From assembly GCA_030141605.1 (NCBI GenBank), contig JAQGDQ010001467.1, forward strand, positions 1 through 39,441: a stretch of 39,441 bases of DNA, written 5' to 3'. The translations under genes and the position numbers were made by a program. This document shows, piece by piece, positions 1 through 12,316 of this stretch. Below the pieces are notes generated by a model. It did no database searches. It was not told the DNA's origin and worked only from the letters and a program-made list of their open reading frames with translations. Positions within the stretch are counted from its first letter, which is position 1. Every line of letters starts with the position of its first letter. The stretch is from Tubiluchus corallicola (lineage: Eukaryota > Animalia > Priapulida).

Positions 1-374
1 ATTTGTGTCGTGAAGCTCACGATGTCATATGTCATTATTTTTTATTATTATGTCATATTATTGCATTCTGTGGTTAAAACAGTTAAAAATCCCACACAAG
101 AAATTTCAGCTGTAAAATAGGTCTATTTCTTTATATACAGTCTAAACTTTCATCCTTGAACTATGTAGTATACCATTTACCTTTCATTGAATTTCTGGCT
201 TCCTTGCTTCATAGAAAACTTACCTGGGCAGTTGGCTGTCCAGAGATCATTGAATAAGCATGTGCTGTTACTGATTTGTATAAATAAACTCACCTGTGTT
301 CTACCTTTGTCTTAGCTATTTTACCTTCAGATTTCTTCATAATTTGTTTGAATAATTAAATGTTTAAATTCTTT

Positions 375-398
375 TGATTGGTTGGTTGGTTGGTTGGT

Positions 399-430
<32 letters not shown>

Positions 431-1022
431 TGACTGACTGACTGACTGACTGACTGACTGACTGACTGATTAGTTGGTTGGTTGGTTGGTTGGTTGGTTG
501 GTTGGTTGATATTACAATGTAGTATTTCAGCCATTAGTCGTAATTGATTGATTGAATTATTGATTAGTTGATTGATTGATTGACTGACTGACTGACTGAC
601 TGACTGACTGACTGACTGACTGACTGACTGACTGACTGACTGACTGACTGACTGACTGACTGACTGACTGACTGACTGACTGACTGACTGACTGACTGAC
701 TGACTGACTGACTGACTGACTGACTGACTGACTGACTGACTGACTGACTGACTGACTGACTGACTGACTGACTGACTGACTGACTGACTGACTGACTGAC
801 TGACTGACCGACCGACCGACTGACTGACTTACTTACTTACTGACTGACTGACTGACTGACTGACTGACTGACTGACTGACTGACTGACTGACTGACTGAC
901 TGACTGACTGACTGACTGACTGACTGACTGACTGACTGACTGACTGACTGACTGACTGACTGACTGACTGACTGACTGACTGACTGACTAACTGACTGAT
1001 TAGTTGGTTGGTTGGTTGGTTG
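375..1022. repeat. Compound tetranucleotide microsatellite (TGGT/TGGC/TGAC/TGAT)n, probably in an EFTUD2 intron
   Basis: Seen directly. A long (TGAC)n run spans ~581-998. A 38-bp unique segment interrupts it at 507-544 and recurs at 1021-1058. Confidence 0.97.
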
Positions 1023-1307
1023 ATATTACAATGTAGTATTTCAGCCATTAGTCGTAATAATAATGCCTCTAGACCTAACTGAATGAACTGTAAAAAATGA
1101 ACAGGTTTATGAGGTGGTTTAATGAGAAACGTAGCTTAGAGTTCTGGCAACTTGTCGGTAGCCATTTTCAAGTATTATATTCCAGAAAATGACTGTTGTT
1201 ACCTTGCCGAAATATTGATTTCTGTTTTGCATTAAATCACCGTTTAAACCGTTTTGTCTGATGCATTTCACTCAATGATCTAAATTAAGTTCATTATTGT
1301 ATTGTAG

Positions 1308-1454
<147 letters not shown>

Positions 1455-2125
1455 TAGCAGGTAATTCTGCAAGTATTTTGTAAATACCCGACAGAAACAA
1501 TAGCAGATGTACCAGGTTGCTGCATGTTTGCAGGTCAGCACATGTTGGCTTTGAACAATAGGTAATGAATATTCTAGAATAAGCCCTTTCACAGTTCCAG
1601 TGATTGACGATGATCGTGAAAAGGTCAAAGGTTAAGTGTACCAGACAACGCATTTGTGTACATTTGACAACGCCTCGTAGCCCTTGCCATTGTAACAGTA
1701 ACTGTTTTAACAGCTAGCTGGAACCTTACCTAGTTCACTTTTCTTGTTCCCAAGCAAGATCCTGCTAGTAAATCATTGTATGCCCAGACTAATGCATAAT
1801 TAAGTAAAGTCTGCGTAAAAAACCGACGTTACTGAACTGATGTGGCAGACAGCTTATCTTGTCTCATCTTTTTTACTTGCATTACATTATGTCGTAGTTT
1901 TCATACGGATACGTCTGTAAAGCTGATCTTATAGACCAAAGACTTCTAGAACTTCTGAACTTCAACAAGAGTTTGTTTGACTTGATTTTGCTCAAATCTG
2001 TCAGGCTATTTATGAAAATTAATTTTAAAATCTTGCAGTTTGTTTTTGTACAAGTAATCAGTGCTTAAATTTAAAATTCGACAAGGTATGATAGGATTTA
2101 TCACGCGTTGTTTGTTTGTTTACAG

Positions 2126-2221
2126 GGTTTGAGCGAAGACGTCAGCATAAACAAGTTCTTCGATGATCCCATGTTACTGGAGCTTGCTCGTCAAGATGTC
2201 ATGCTTAACTACCCCATGTGA
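2126..2221 (+). CDS. EFTUD2: Last coding exon of EFTUD2/Snu114 (to TGA stop)
   Basis: Acceptor tttgtttgtttacag. Translates in frame with the previous exon to [31 protein letters not shown], matching the metazoan EFTUD2 terminus. Confidence 0.97.
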   Translation, partial: GLSEDVSINKFFDDPMLLELARQDVMLNYPM

Positions 2222-2622
2222 ATTTCTGTTTGTATTTTATCTCATTCTTCCCATTGTGTCGTAATAATTATAGTGATAAACAATTTGTACATAAGCTCCC
2301 CCGTAGAGCTGTGGTTGCATTAATTAATTTCTGATTCTTGTTAACCCTGCAGTTTTTTGTATTATATAAGTTTACATTACTGTTGCTAATGAACAGTCTT
2401 CATAAACAGTTCAGACATCTTTGTTTGTAAACACTTTTTTGTAGAATTTGTGCATTTGTTCCACCAGTGTTCTTTAAATCCATATTTGAGTCTGCATGTT
2501 AACCATATAAATTGCTTTCCAGAATCGAACTGCAACTTTTTCCTGATTTGGAAAAAACGTTATCTTTTATCCTGACATTAATTAAACGTTGTACTCTATT
2601 TCGTGCTTTGCTTCGCTATTAG

Positions 2623-3062
2623 CAAGAAGTCCGCACTTGTAATTATCGGTTTTCAAGAAGTCTGCGCCGGTAATTATCGGTTCCCAAGAAGTCTGCACCG
2701 GTAATTGTCGGTTTTCAAGAAGTCCGCACCAGTAACTATCGGTTTTCAAGAAGTCTGCGCCGGTAATTATCGGTTCCCAAAAACTCTGCACCGGTAATTA
2801 CAGGTTTTCAAGAAGTCCGCACCGGTAATTATCGGTTTTCAAGAAGTCCGCACCGGTAATTATCGGTTTTCAAGAAGTCCGCACCGGTAATTATCGGTTT
2901 TCAAGAAGTCCGCACCGGTAATTATCGGTTTTCAAGAAGTCTGCACCGGTAATTATCGGTTTTCAAGAAGTCCGCACCGGTAATTATCGGTTTTCAAGAA
3001 GTCCGCACTGGTAATTATAGGTTTTTCAAAAAGTCCAAACGTGTAATTACCATTTTTTCAAG
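2623..3062. repeat. 31-bp minisatellite, ~14 copies (CAAGAAGTCCGCACCGGTAATTATCGGTTTT)
   Basis: Period 31 (ACCGGTAATT at 2821 and 2852). The array decays at both edges. Confidence 0.95.
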
Positions 3063-3263
3063 AGCAAGTTGTTTATAGAGATTTCATGTTCTACTTGTTG
3101 TATTTTTGCTTTTGTATCTGTGAGTGTAACACCATCACTATGCTGGTTGCTTAGATCTGTTACACTCCAGAGGGTGTTCATACGACAATGCTGCCAGGGT
3201 TTGAAGCCGCGCTTAGCTTAGCTGGTCTTCAGTAAACTGTAGACAAAATATAACCCAACAGTG

Positions 3264-3269
3264 AATAAA
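3264..3269 (+). promoter_or_regulatory. Candidate EFTUD2 polyadenylation signal
   Basis: AATAAA downstream of the stop codon, with GT/T-rich sequence further 3'. Another AATAAA lies near 3433. The true 3' end cannot be determined from DNA alone. Confidence 0.3.
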
Positions 3270-3640
3270 ACTTTTCACACCTGTCTTAAGACACTCTCCC
3301 ATTCTTTCCAAATACTATCTTTCTCCAAAAATGTTTTTTGTGTGTTGTGGAGTTTAAGTACTAATTGCATCCCAGTAAGGTAAGAAGTAACACTTTACTC
3401 AGTTGGAATGCTGGATGGTTGTTGCTGGGGTAAATAAAATTGTGTAAGAAATCATTTGTTTTTGGAATATGTGTTTGCATTTTGCATTTCCATTTTTAGT
3501 AGAATCCTATCTGTATTGTGTGCGTTCCTCAGCTTAAAGCACAAGAAAACGCTCTCCTTAATTAAACCTTAAAATATTCTTGAAATTTTATACTATTTAC
3601 ACCCTGTCTTATTGCATACAGAGCTTGTTTTAGCAGCAAC

Positions 3641-3962
3641 ACTTGTAAATTTAAACTCCCGCGATGACTGTTAGATGCAGCCGTTTGAAGTCAGTTTGGA
3701 TAATGTAGCTTAAAGTTTAAAAAAAATAATCAGAGCATTCATAGTACATGCTTCACTAGCTAAGCAAAAAGTGTAAATTAGTCAACATTGTCAATAAGAT
3801 CAATTTGCTTTTTGGTGAATCAGTGGTGCATACTGGGAAGGTGAAACAGTGACGTTTTACCAGTTATTGCGAACATCTTAAATTAAAAATTTTCTTTTGA
3901 AGTTACGTAAGTCTTTCAAACAGGTAAGTGTAATGCTAAGTAAAATAACTTTATATGGAAAA
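3641..3962 (+). mobile_element. Unclassified dispersed repeat, copy A (homologous to 28065-28851)
   Basis: Colinear shared blocks: ACTTGTAAATTTAAACTCC.GCGATGAC, AGAGCATTC.TAGT, CTAAGCAAAA, CAGTGACGTTTTACCA, GTAAAATAACT. Confidence 0.8.
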
Positions 3963-4783
3963 TTCCTTGGGATTTACTTACACAGTACTTAGAAATTCCC
4001 TTTTCTTCCCCTTAATACCCCTGACATATTTGGCATAAGGTAACCAGCATTAGTTATAAATCCACATTCAGGATGCAACAGACAAGCAGCCTATAAAAAG
4101 AAATCAAGTATTTAGAGATGTAGTATGTAAAAAACCTAGCAAAGTACATGTTTATTAGTGTACCTTTTGGTTGTACTTTATGCACGTATGTACGAAGTAT
4201 GTAAAACTGTTAGGATATTGAAGCTGTCCCGTTCTGCAATCTTTATGGAATCTAAATTATGTGTACATAAAATTGTGTGAAAATGTTGGTATGTAGTACT
4301 TGAATTGTAACTTTTTAATCTTAAATAGTTCAAAATTTTTATAGGGCGACGAGCACTTTTCACTTTGACTCCAGCTGGTTATAGTAGTTAGCACAATATA
4401 AAAATCAGTAATTATTAAGCAAAGTATGATATAACCTGAAAATTTGTATGTAAAATTATAAAATATAATAAATTTCTTTTTACAAAATATTTTACTGATA
4501 CTTTTTAAGCAATTTTGAGTCAACTATTTTGTAGTGATGGGGGATTAATAGAGTAATCGAATTAACTGAGATTAGAACAATGTATAAATCGATACAATCG
4601 GCGATTGAACAGTAATTGAATTAATCGAGAGTGAAATATACGTTACACATTGACTAAAATGCAGTGTTTTAGTACAAATAAATGGAATCCTTGCGTTTTC
4701 TTCTTCGTTTTTCTCACCTTACACAATGCGCACAATTGCGAATTACAGTGTTGCAAACTGGGAACTTCATATTCGTTTCCGCG

Positions 4784-5209
4784 TGACGTGTGTAGTGTTG
4801 TAGTGACGTAGTAATGACGTGTAGTAGTGACGTGTGTAGTGTTGTAGTGACGTAGTAATGACGTGTGTAGTGACGTAGTAATGACGTGTGTAGTGACGTA
4901 GTAATGACGTGTGTAGTGTTGTAGTGACGTAGTAATGACGTGTGTAGTGTTGTAGTGACGTAGTAATGACGTGTGTGGTGTGTAGTGACGTTGTAATGAC
5001 GTGTGTAGTATGTAGTGACGTAGTAATGACGTGTGTAGTGACGTAGTAATGACGTGTGTAGTGACGTAGTAATGACGTGTGTAGTGTTGTAGTGACGTAG
5101 TAATGACGTGTGTAGTGTGTAGTGACGTAGTAATGACGTGTGTAGTGACGTAGTAATGACGTGTGTAGTGACGTAGTAATGACGTGTGTAGTGTGTAGTG
5201 ACGTAGTAA
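4784..5209. repeat. Modular TGACGT-rich tandem array (TGACGTGTGTAG / TGACGTAGTAA / TG(T)TGTAG modules)
   Basis: Seen directly; about 30 TGACGT hexamers in ~425 bp. Confidence 0.95.
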
Positions 5210-5874
5210 TAGAGTGATTAATGAATGTTCGTGTCTCTAAGAATATTTTTTGCGAGTACAAAAATGGCAGACAGTGACGAATGCTGTGAAGAAGTCTACA
5301 GGCTGCATTTCAGTGTTTTGATAAATATGATTAAAACTAAAAAATAGCCAAAAATATTAATGGTGATATCGAATTACAAGAACAAGATTGTAGTCGAATT
5401 AGAAATTTCAAAATCGCCTATCGCTACTATTTTGTTTTATTATGTTTTGATTTTGCATTTTTTTGCTTTTTTATCATATTTTAGACTCGGGGAAAAGATT
5501 ATTTCTAGTCTGTCTATACGGCAAATGATGCCAAAAAATTGGCTTCAATGTAGAACTATTGTAATGTATACGCTCAAATCAAAGTTCCGTTCCCATATCT
5601 ATGTTAGTTTATTTTGCAAAAATACAAATTTTTTGTAGTCTACAATTACAACATCTACAAATCTACTGAAATAAGTGCTAGAAAATAAGTACTACAGATT
5701 ACTACGTTACACTAAAAAGCTAAAATGCATACATACATTGTTGGTCCAATATTGAGTCGAGAAAAAGCCAGAATGTCAGTAAAAGGTAGCAGCATAATTA
5801 CAAGTCAAATTTTAAATGTAACAGAGACGTGTGTACATAACAAGTTCCACCTATATAATGTCAGAGTAGAAAAA

Positions 5875-7254
5875 GTAGTCTAGCTTGTTGAACTACAGTC
5901 TAATATATTGTGGCTTCTAATGCATATACTACCTTGGGAAGGGGTAGTCTAGCTTGTTGAACTACAGTCTAATATATTGTGGCTTCTAATGCATATACTA
6001 CCTTTTGAAGGGGTAGTCTAGCTTGTTGAACTACAGTCTAATATATTGTGGCTTCTAATGCATATACTACCTTGGGAAGGGGTAGTCTAGCTTGTTGAAC
6101 TCCAGTCTAATATATTGTGGCTTCTGATGCATATACTACCTTGAGAAGGGGTAGTCTAGCTTGTTGAACTACAGTCTAATATATTGTGGCTTCTGATGCA
6201 TATACTACCTTGGGAAGGGGTAGTCTAGCTTGTTGAACTCCAGTCTAATATATTGTGGCTTCTAATGCATATACTACCTTGAGAAGGGGTAGTCTAGCTT
6301 GTTGAACTACAGTCTAATATATTGTGGCTTCTAATGCATATACTACCTTGAGAAGGGGTAGTCTAGCTTGTTGAACTACAGTCTAATATATTGTGGCTTC
6401 AAATGCATATACTACCTTGAGAAGGGGTAGTCTAGCTTGTTAAACTACAGTCTAATATATTGTGGCTTCTAATGCATATACTACCTTGGGAAGGGGTAGT
6501 CTAGCTTGTTGAACTACAGTCTAATATATTGTGGCTTCTGATGCATATACTACCTTGGGAAGGGGTAGTCTAGCTTGTTGAACTACAGTCTAATATATTG
6601 TGGCTTCTGATGCATATACTACCTTGGGAAGGGGTAGTCTAGCTTGTTGAACTACAGTCTAATATATTGTGGCTTCTAATGCATATACTACCTTGGGAAG
6701 GGGTAGTCTAGCTTGTTGAACTAAAGTCTAATATATTGTGGCTTCTGATGCATATACTACCTTGGGAAGGGGTAGTCTAGCTTGTTGAACTACAGTCTAA
6801 TATATTGTGGCTTCTGATGCATATACTACCTTGGGAAGGGGTAGTCTAGCTTGTTGAACTACAGTCTAATATATTGTGGCTTCTAATGCATATACTACCT
6901 TGAGAAGGGGTAGTCTAGCTTGTTGAACTGCAGTCTAATATATTGTGGCTTCTAATGCATATACAACCTTGAGAAGGGGTAGTCTAGCTTGTTGAACTAC
7001 AGTCTAATATATTGTGGCTTCTAATGCATATACTACCTTGAGAAGGGGTAGTCTAGCTTGTTGAACTACAGTCTAATATATTGTGGCTTCTAATGCATAT
7101 ACTACCTTGAGAAGGGGTAGTCTAGCTTGTTGAACTACAGTCTAATATATTGTGGCTTCTAATGCATATACTACCTTGAGAAGGGGTAGTCTAGCTTGTT
7201 GAACTACAGTCTAATATATTGTGGCTTCCAATGCATATACTACCTTGAGAAGGA
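5875..7254. repeat. 69-bp minisatellite, 20 copies
   Basis: GTAGTCTAGCTTGTTGAACTAC units start at 5875, 5944 ... 7186 (=5875+19x69). Copies are highly homogeneous. Confidence 0.98.
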
Positions 7255-7704
7255 GTAAGGGACCAAAACATTTGTACCTGCAACAACTACGATCTGCTGC
7301 TATTATGATGACAAACAAGGGATTTAAATACTTGGATTAAAAAATCTTGTAGAACACCTACAGCATTTTGTAGTTTTTGCAATTCGCCATTTTAATTGTT
7401 AATCATTCCGGATTTCCACAGGTTTCAATATCTCACCTGTGTTTTGATTGGATTCACTGAAACGATATGATAATTTATTGAAAGCCAAGATATCCTGCAA
7501 TAACGATATTCTACGTTTTACTTGACAAGTTGAGATTGTTTGTCCACTTGTTATTCCTCATTACATTTTACTGTTTACTTCAAGTACTAAATTGATTACA
7601 AAAAAATTAAAGTGATTATTCTACTGTGAGTAAATTAACGCTGAAAAATGCCAAATTGCTTGTTGAGGTATGAGAATTAAATTAGAACCCATCACGATCA
7701 CTGA

Positions 7705-7802
7705 GACAGAGTTGTCTAATGGTCTAGGAGCTCACCTTGTAAGCGAGAGGTCCCTAGTTCAAATCCTGACTCTCCTGTGACTTTCTTACCTTGCCTTTTT
7801 TT
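7705..7802 (+). pseudogene. Decayed tRNA-Thr(TGT)-like sequence or tRNA-derived SINE head
   Basis: A-box-like TTGTCTAATGG, anticodon arm CTCAC-CTTGTAA-GCGAG, B-box GTTCAAATCC and a T-run at 7796-7802. Acceptor and T stems carry mismatches. Confidence 0.65.
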
Positions 7803-8091
7803 GAAAAAGTTTGGTTTCAAAGTTTATTAATTGTGTCTTCAATCTATTATTCATGCTTGTGTTTTTTGTGTGTAAAATTTTTTTCGCTGTTGAGATACAA
7901 GAATTTGCATTGGACTGAAATCGTCTGCAAATTTCATCGAAGTGTTGTTGCAAACAGCATGTAACAATTTGTTGTCACCGTAGAATTGTCATCACAGCCG
8001 TAGACATGGTTGGTCAAACCATGCATTGTACACACGCTGCCTATACAGCATTCTCAGACATAAGATAAATATTTTTCTCTCTCCCTTTATA

Positions 8092-8465
8092 GCAAAACCG
8101 ACCCAATCTTAAGCTGTAGGTCAAAACAATCTAGTCTTTAAAATATTGAAAGGAAACTCGCTATTTTTTCAAAAATGACTTTCGTGAAGAATTGTTACCG
8201 CACAAACACAATTTCACGTTCGCGCCTCTAGTTCTTCACTGTTACATGCATTTCGCCATTCGTTAGTAAGACGGGCACTAGCGCCTGCGTTTCGGAAACG
8301 CATTGCACAAAAAACAGGTGGTGTACCTCTCAGTTTGTGACGAGCTGCACACATTCGACAGTTCATGCGTGAGCACAGTGGTAAATTTGAAATTTGAATT
8401 TTTATCTTAAAACTTGTCCTAGCTTTAGTACAACACACTGAATATCTTACCGTAGCACTGTACTT
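8092..8465 (-). mobile_element. Unclassified dispersed repeat (inverted homologue of 23334-23628)
   Basis: The reverse complement shares TGAGAGGTACA.CACCTG.TTTTTGTGCAATG, GAAGAACT, GCGCGAACG.GAAATT, TTCACG.AAGTCATT, GAAAAAATAG and GTACAGTGCTA with the 23.3-23.6 kb copy. Confidence 0.75.
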
Positions 8466-8868
8466 CTATTTTTGATTCAACACGCTCGTGGAATATTTTT
8501 GCTGCTGAAAATTATGTTCGTTTGTGATGTCATCAATAGTTCGGCTTCTCCGCCGTTAATAAAGATTTCAATCTATCATTTAATTATCAGAAACGCTTTT
8601 GCAGCATTAATTGTGTTAAAATGTATACTTTTCATCGGAAAATGGGGCAGTATATGAAAAATCATCCTCTCTTTCTTTAACCTTTCTTCACTTCAAGTAG
8701 TGAAAAATACAGGTCATCTAATGATCTGTTTCCCAATTTTTGTCGCGAATCAGTGCGTCTCGAACTCCGCCACCCTGAATCATTTCTGTGATATTAAGAC
8801 ATCACTGCGTGGGCGGCGTTTGGAGTCTCAGCGTTGCGCTCTTACACCGGGAGGTCACCGTACCGCGT

Positions 8869-9248
8869 GTTACCTCCTCCAGAACAGGTGACTGGTAAAT
8901 AAAGTCACAGTTTTGGCTAAGAAAAAAGTCACTGGAAAAACGTCACAGTTAATTTATGATGACCAGAAAAAAGGTACAGTTTTGACTTGCAAAGAAAGTC
9001 ATGTGATCAAACAAAAATATTCAAGTCGGGTATAGGGTTAGGGTTATTTTTTTCCTATATCTTTCCTGTGACCTTTTTCTCTGACTTTTTAACCAGTGGT
9101 TTTTTTACCTGTGATTTTTTTACCTGTGTCTTTATTACCTGTGATTTTTTTACCTGTGTCTTTATTACCTGTGATTTTTTTACCAGTGTCTTTATTAATT
9201 GTGATTTTTTTACCTGTGTCTTTATCACCTGTATTTTCTGGATAACCA
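8869..9248. mobile_element. Foldback-like non-autonomous element with inverted ~15-bp subterminal repeats
   Basis: The left arm has AAAAAAGTCAC(A/T)G-type units. The right arm has the complementary ACCTGTGATTTTTTT / ACCTGTGTCTTTATT units. A central AGGGTTAGGGTTA lies between them. Confidence 0.6.
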
Positions 9249-9735
9249 TAACCACAGCAATGTTTGTGAATAGGATGTTTTGACGGTCCACATTTACATG
9301 TGACTGAAACGTTTGCTGACAAAATTCAGGTATAATGCCTAAAACGAACTGACATGTTTATTGATAAAGCTTATATAAAATATAAATTTGTTTATTTATC
9401 ATTAAACAAAAGATTGAAGTACAGCACAGTATAAGTTACAAAATATAAACAAATGTAAAAGAATAATCGAGATCGAACATAAGGAGTAAGCACTGTTATA
9501 CTGCTATAAGATACATGAACGAAATAAATTAAAATTAAATTAAGTCTAAACTTAAATTTTCAAATTAAATAAATCATATGAGATAAAACTGCTCGTAAAT
9601 CTCTCTGTTCTGTGTCCAGGTATGGGGAATTTTGGATGGTGGCGAGTGCTGAATATGTGAGTATGGGCATCTGTCAGTAGAGTGTAGATTTAAAGCTTGA
9701 GACAAACATTGTGTGCATATTATACTCAGGTTATC

Positions 9736-10301
<566 letters not shown>

Positions 10302-11928
10302 AATTATTCTCAAGATGTTACAACTAATAATAAGAACACGAACTTTATTCATCGTTTTGGCCTTTGCAGCTTTATTTCCCAATAGTTGTGGCACACGTTT
10401 TACTGCAGTATTTCATACGCAAGATTCCCGGCAGAATGCACCATAAAAATCAGCGAAGGCCAGTGGAAAGATGGTGGCAATGAACGCTTGTGGACAAGTC
10501 TTCGCGTTTATATCATAATGCCTGACATGAGCTGAACATTAATCGTATTGATTCTGACCAGCAAACTATAATAATCGACGCTATTGGCAGCCTTGAACCA
10601 GCGGCTTTTATCCTGGGTCGTTTTACCTTGTCCTAAAGTCTTATTCCGATTTTTCTTGGCGAGTTGAAAAGACACCGACTCGAAAATGTAGCCGGCAAAT
10701 CCGACAAATTAGGAAAGGTACGGCGCTTTTGATATGCTGTCAGTAATCTTGTACGTTTGCTAAAACGAGTTTGTGTAGAGATTGTCAGCAGATATACCTG
10801 CCGATCCAGGTGCAGAGAGCTAGGTGTGCTCGGTGCGTCAGTCGAAAAAACTGCTGTCCTTGAAAAAGGTTGTTCTCTTATTTCGTACCTTCACCTTTGA
10901 TTAAGTAAATACAAGAAGCGACTGACTTCCTGTGCTTTTTGCTGCAAAACAGGCGTTCTTGTCAGCATTTCCTTTATACGCCAGTTGAAGATATAATTTC
11001 TCTCTATTAAGTCACAAACACTTGCGGCAGACGTAGGAATCTTCTAAATCACAACGGCTTAATTCATCAAAATAATATTTGACGTATAAAATTAAACATT
11101 TCGAGGTTTTCTTTGATTTGAATTAAATCGATTTTACATGATTCATCGATTATAACAATATTCTGAGATCGTTTGCATCATCCCTCGCAGCCTCCGCCCC
11201 CTGCACTCCCTCCAAAACTTCTTGAATAAAATCGGATTTCGTCTTGAGACGCGGATTTAACTCAATTTAACAAAATACTGAGGCGTGAAATCGCAGGCCA
11301 TCATTGTATTCGCGAAACTAACGAACTATTGTACCGGAAATGAATCTCTCTGTACGTATCCGTGTAAAATGTGAATGATTTGTGGAACCCCTTATTATTT
11401 AATTTCAGCACAAGCTATTATTCGACACGTGTTATTTACTTAATTACGTCTAAAGGAGGCGCTGGCGTCGCACTGTCTCGGTAATTATTATTACGCAGCT
11501 TCCTCGTTGACAGATGATAATGAATGGAATTACATTGTTCTGTTAATGGCACTATATTTAGCTGTGGGGCGAAGCCAACATTAGTACTATACTTACTGCA
11601 CTGTCAAGGCTTCAGGATTTATTTGCGCTATGATATACGCGTGGAACATATTTTCGTAACCTGAGTATTGTAAGGCATTTTCATATGCTGCCCTATTTTT
11701 TTTCAGTCATTGTACTGTTTTTAATACAAACCTGTACAAAATAGTACAATGACTGAAAAAATTAGGTCAGCATGTAAAAATGCTGCATTACTGCTCCCTT
11801 TTCTTCTTTTTTCTTCTTCTTCTTCGCTTGGATCCGTCATTAAGCGAGATATGTGTAGTGTGCAAACGTTGTTCACAATGTACTTTAAAGGTGAACTATG
11901 TGAGGGAAGCCAGATTCAACCACACAAG

Positions 11929-12316
11929 CAAAATTTCAACTCAATCGGCAAAATTTCAACTCCGACAAAATTTCAACTCCGACAAAATTTCAACTCCGAC
12001 AAAATTTCAACTCCATCAACAAAATTTCAACTCCATCAAATTTCAACTCCATCGGCAAAATTTCAACTCCATCAAAATTTCAACTCCATCAAAATTTTAA
12101 CTCCATCGACAAAATTTTAACTCCATCAAAATTTAAACTCCATCGACAAAATTTCAACTCCATCAAAATTTAAACTCCATCGACAAAATTTCAACTCCAT
12201 CAAAATTTCAACTCCATCAAAATTTTAACTCCATCGACAAAATTTTAACTCCATCAAAATTTCAACTCCATCCACAAAATTTCAACTCCATCCACAAAAT
12301 TTCAACTCCAACTCCA
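11929..12316. repeat. CAAAATTTCAACTCCAT(CGA) array of 17- and 20-bp units, ~21 copies
   Basis: Periods of 17 and 20, partly alternating (CTCC at 12101, 12121, 12138). Confidence 0.93.

Noticed and set aside
170-330. Cluster of minus-strand splice-donor matches (CAG|GTAAGT, CAG|GTGAGT) suggesting an antisense nested gene
   Set aside because: No coherent exon chain or recognisable peptide could be built.
7705-7776. Functional tRNA-Thr(TGT)
   Set aside because: The acceptor, anticodon and T stems have several mismatches.
9033-9046. Interstitial telomere
   Set aside because: Only about two TTAGGG-like units, embedded in a foldback-like element.
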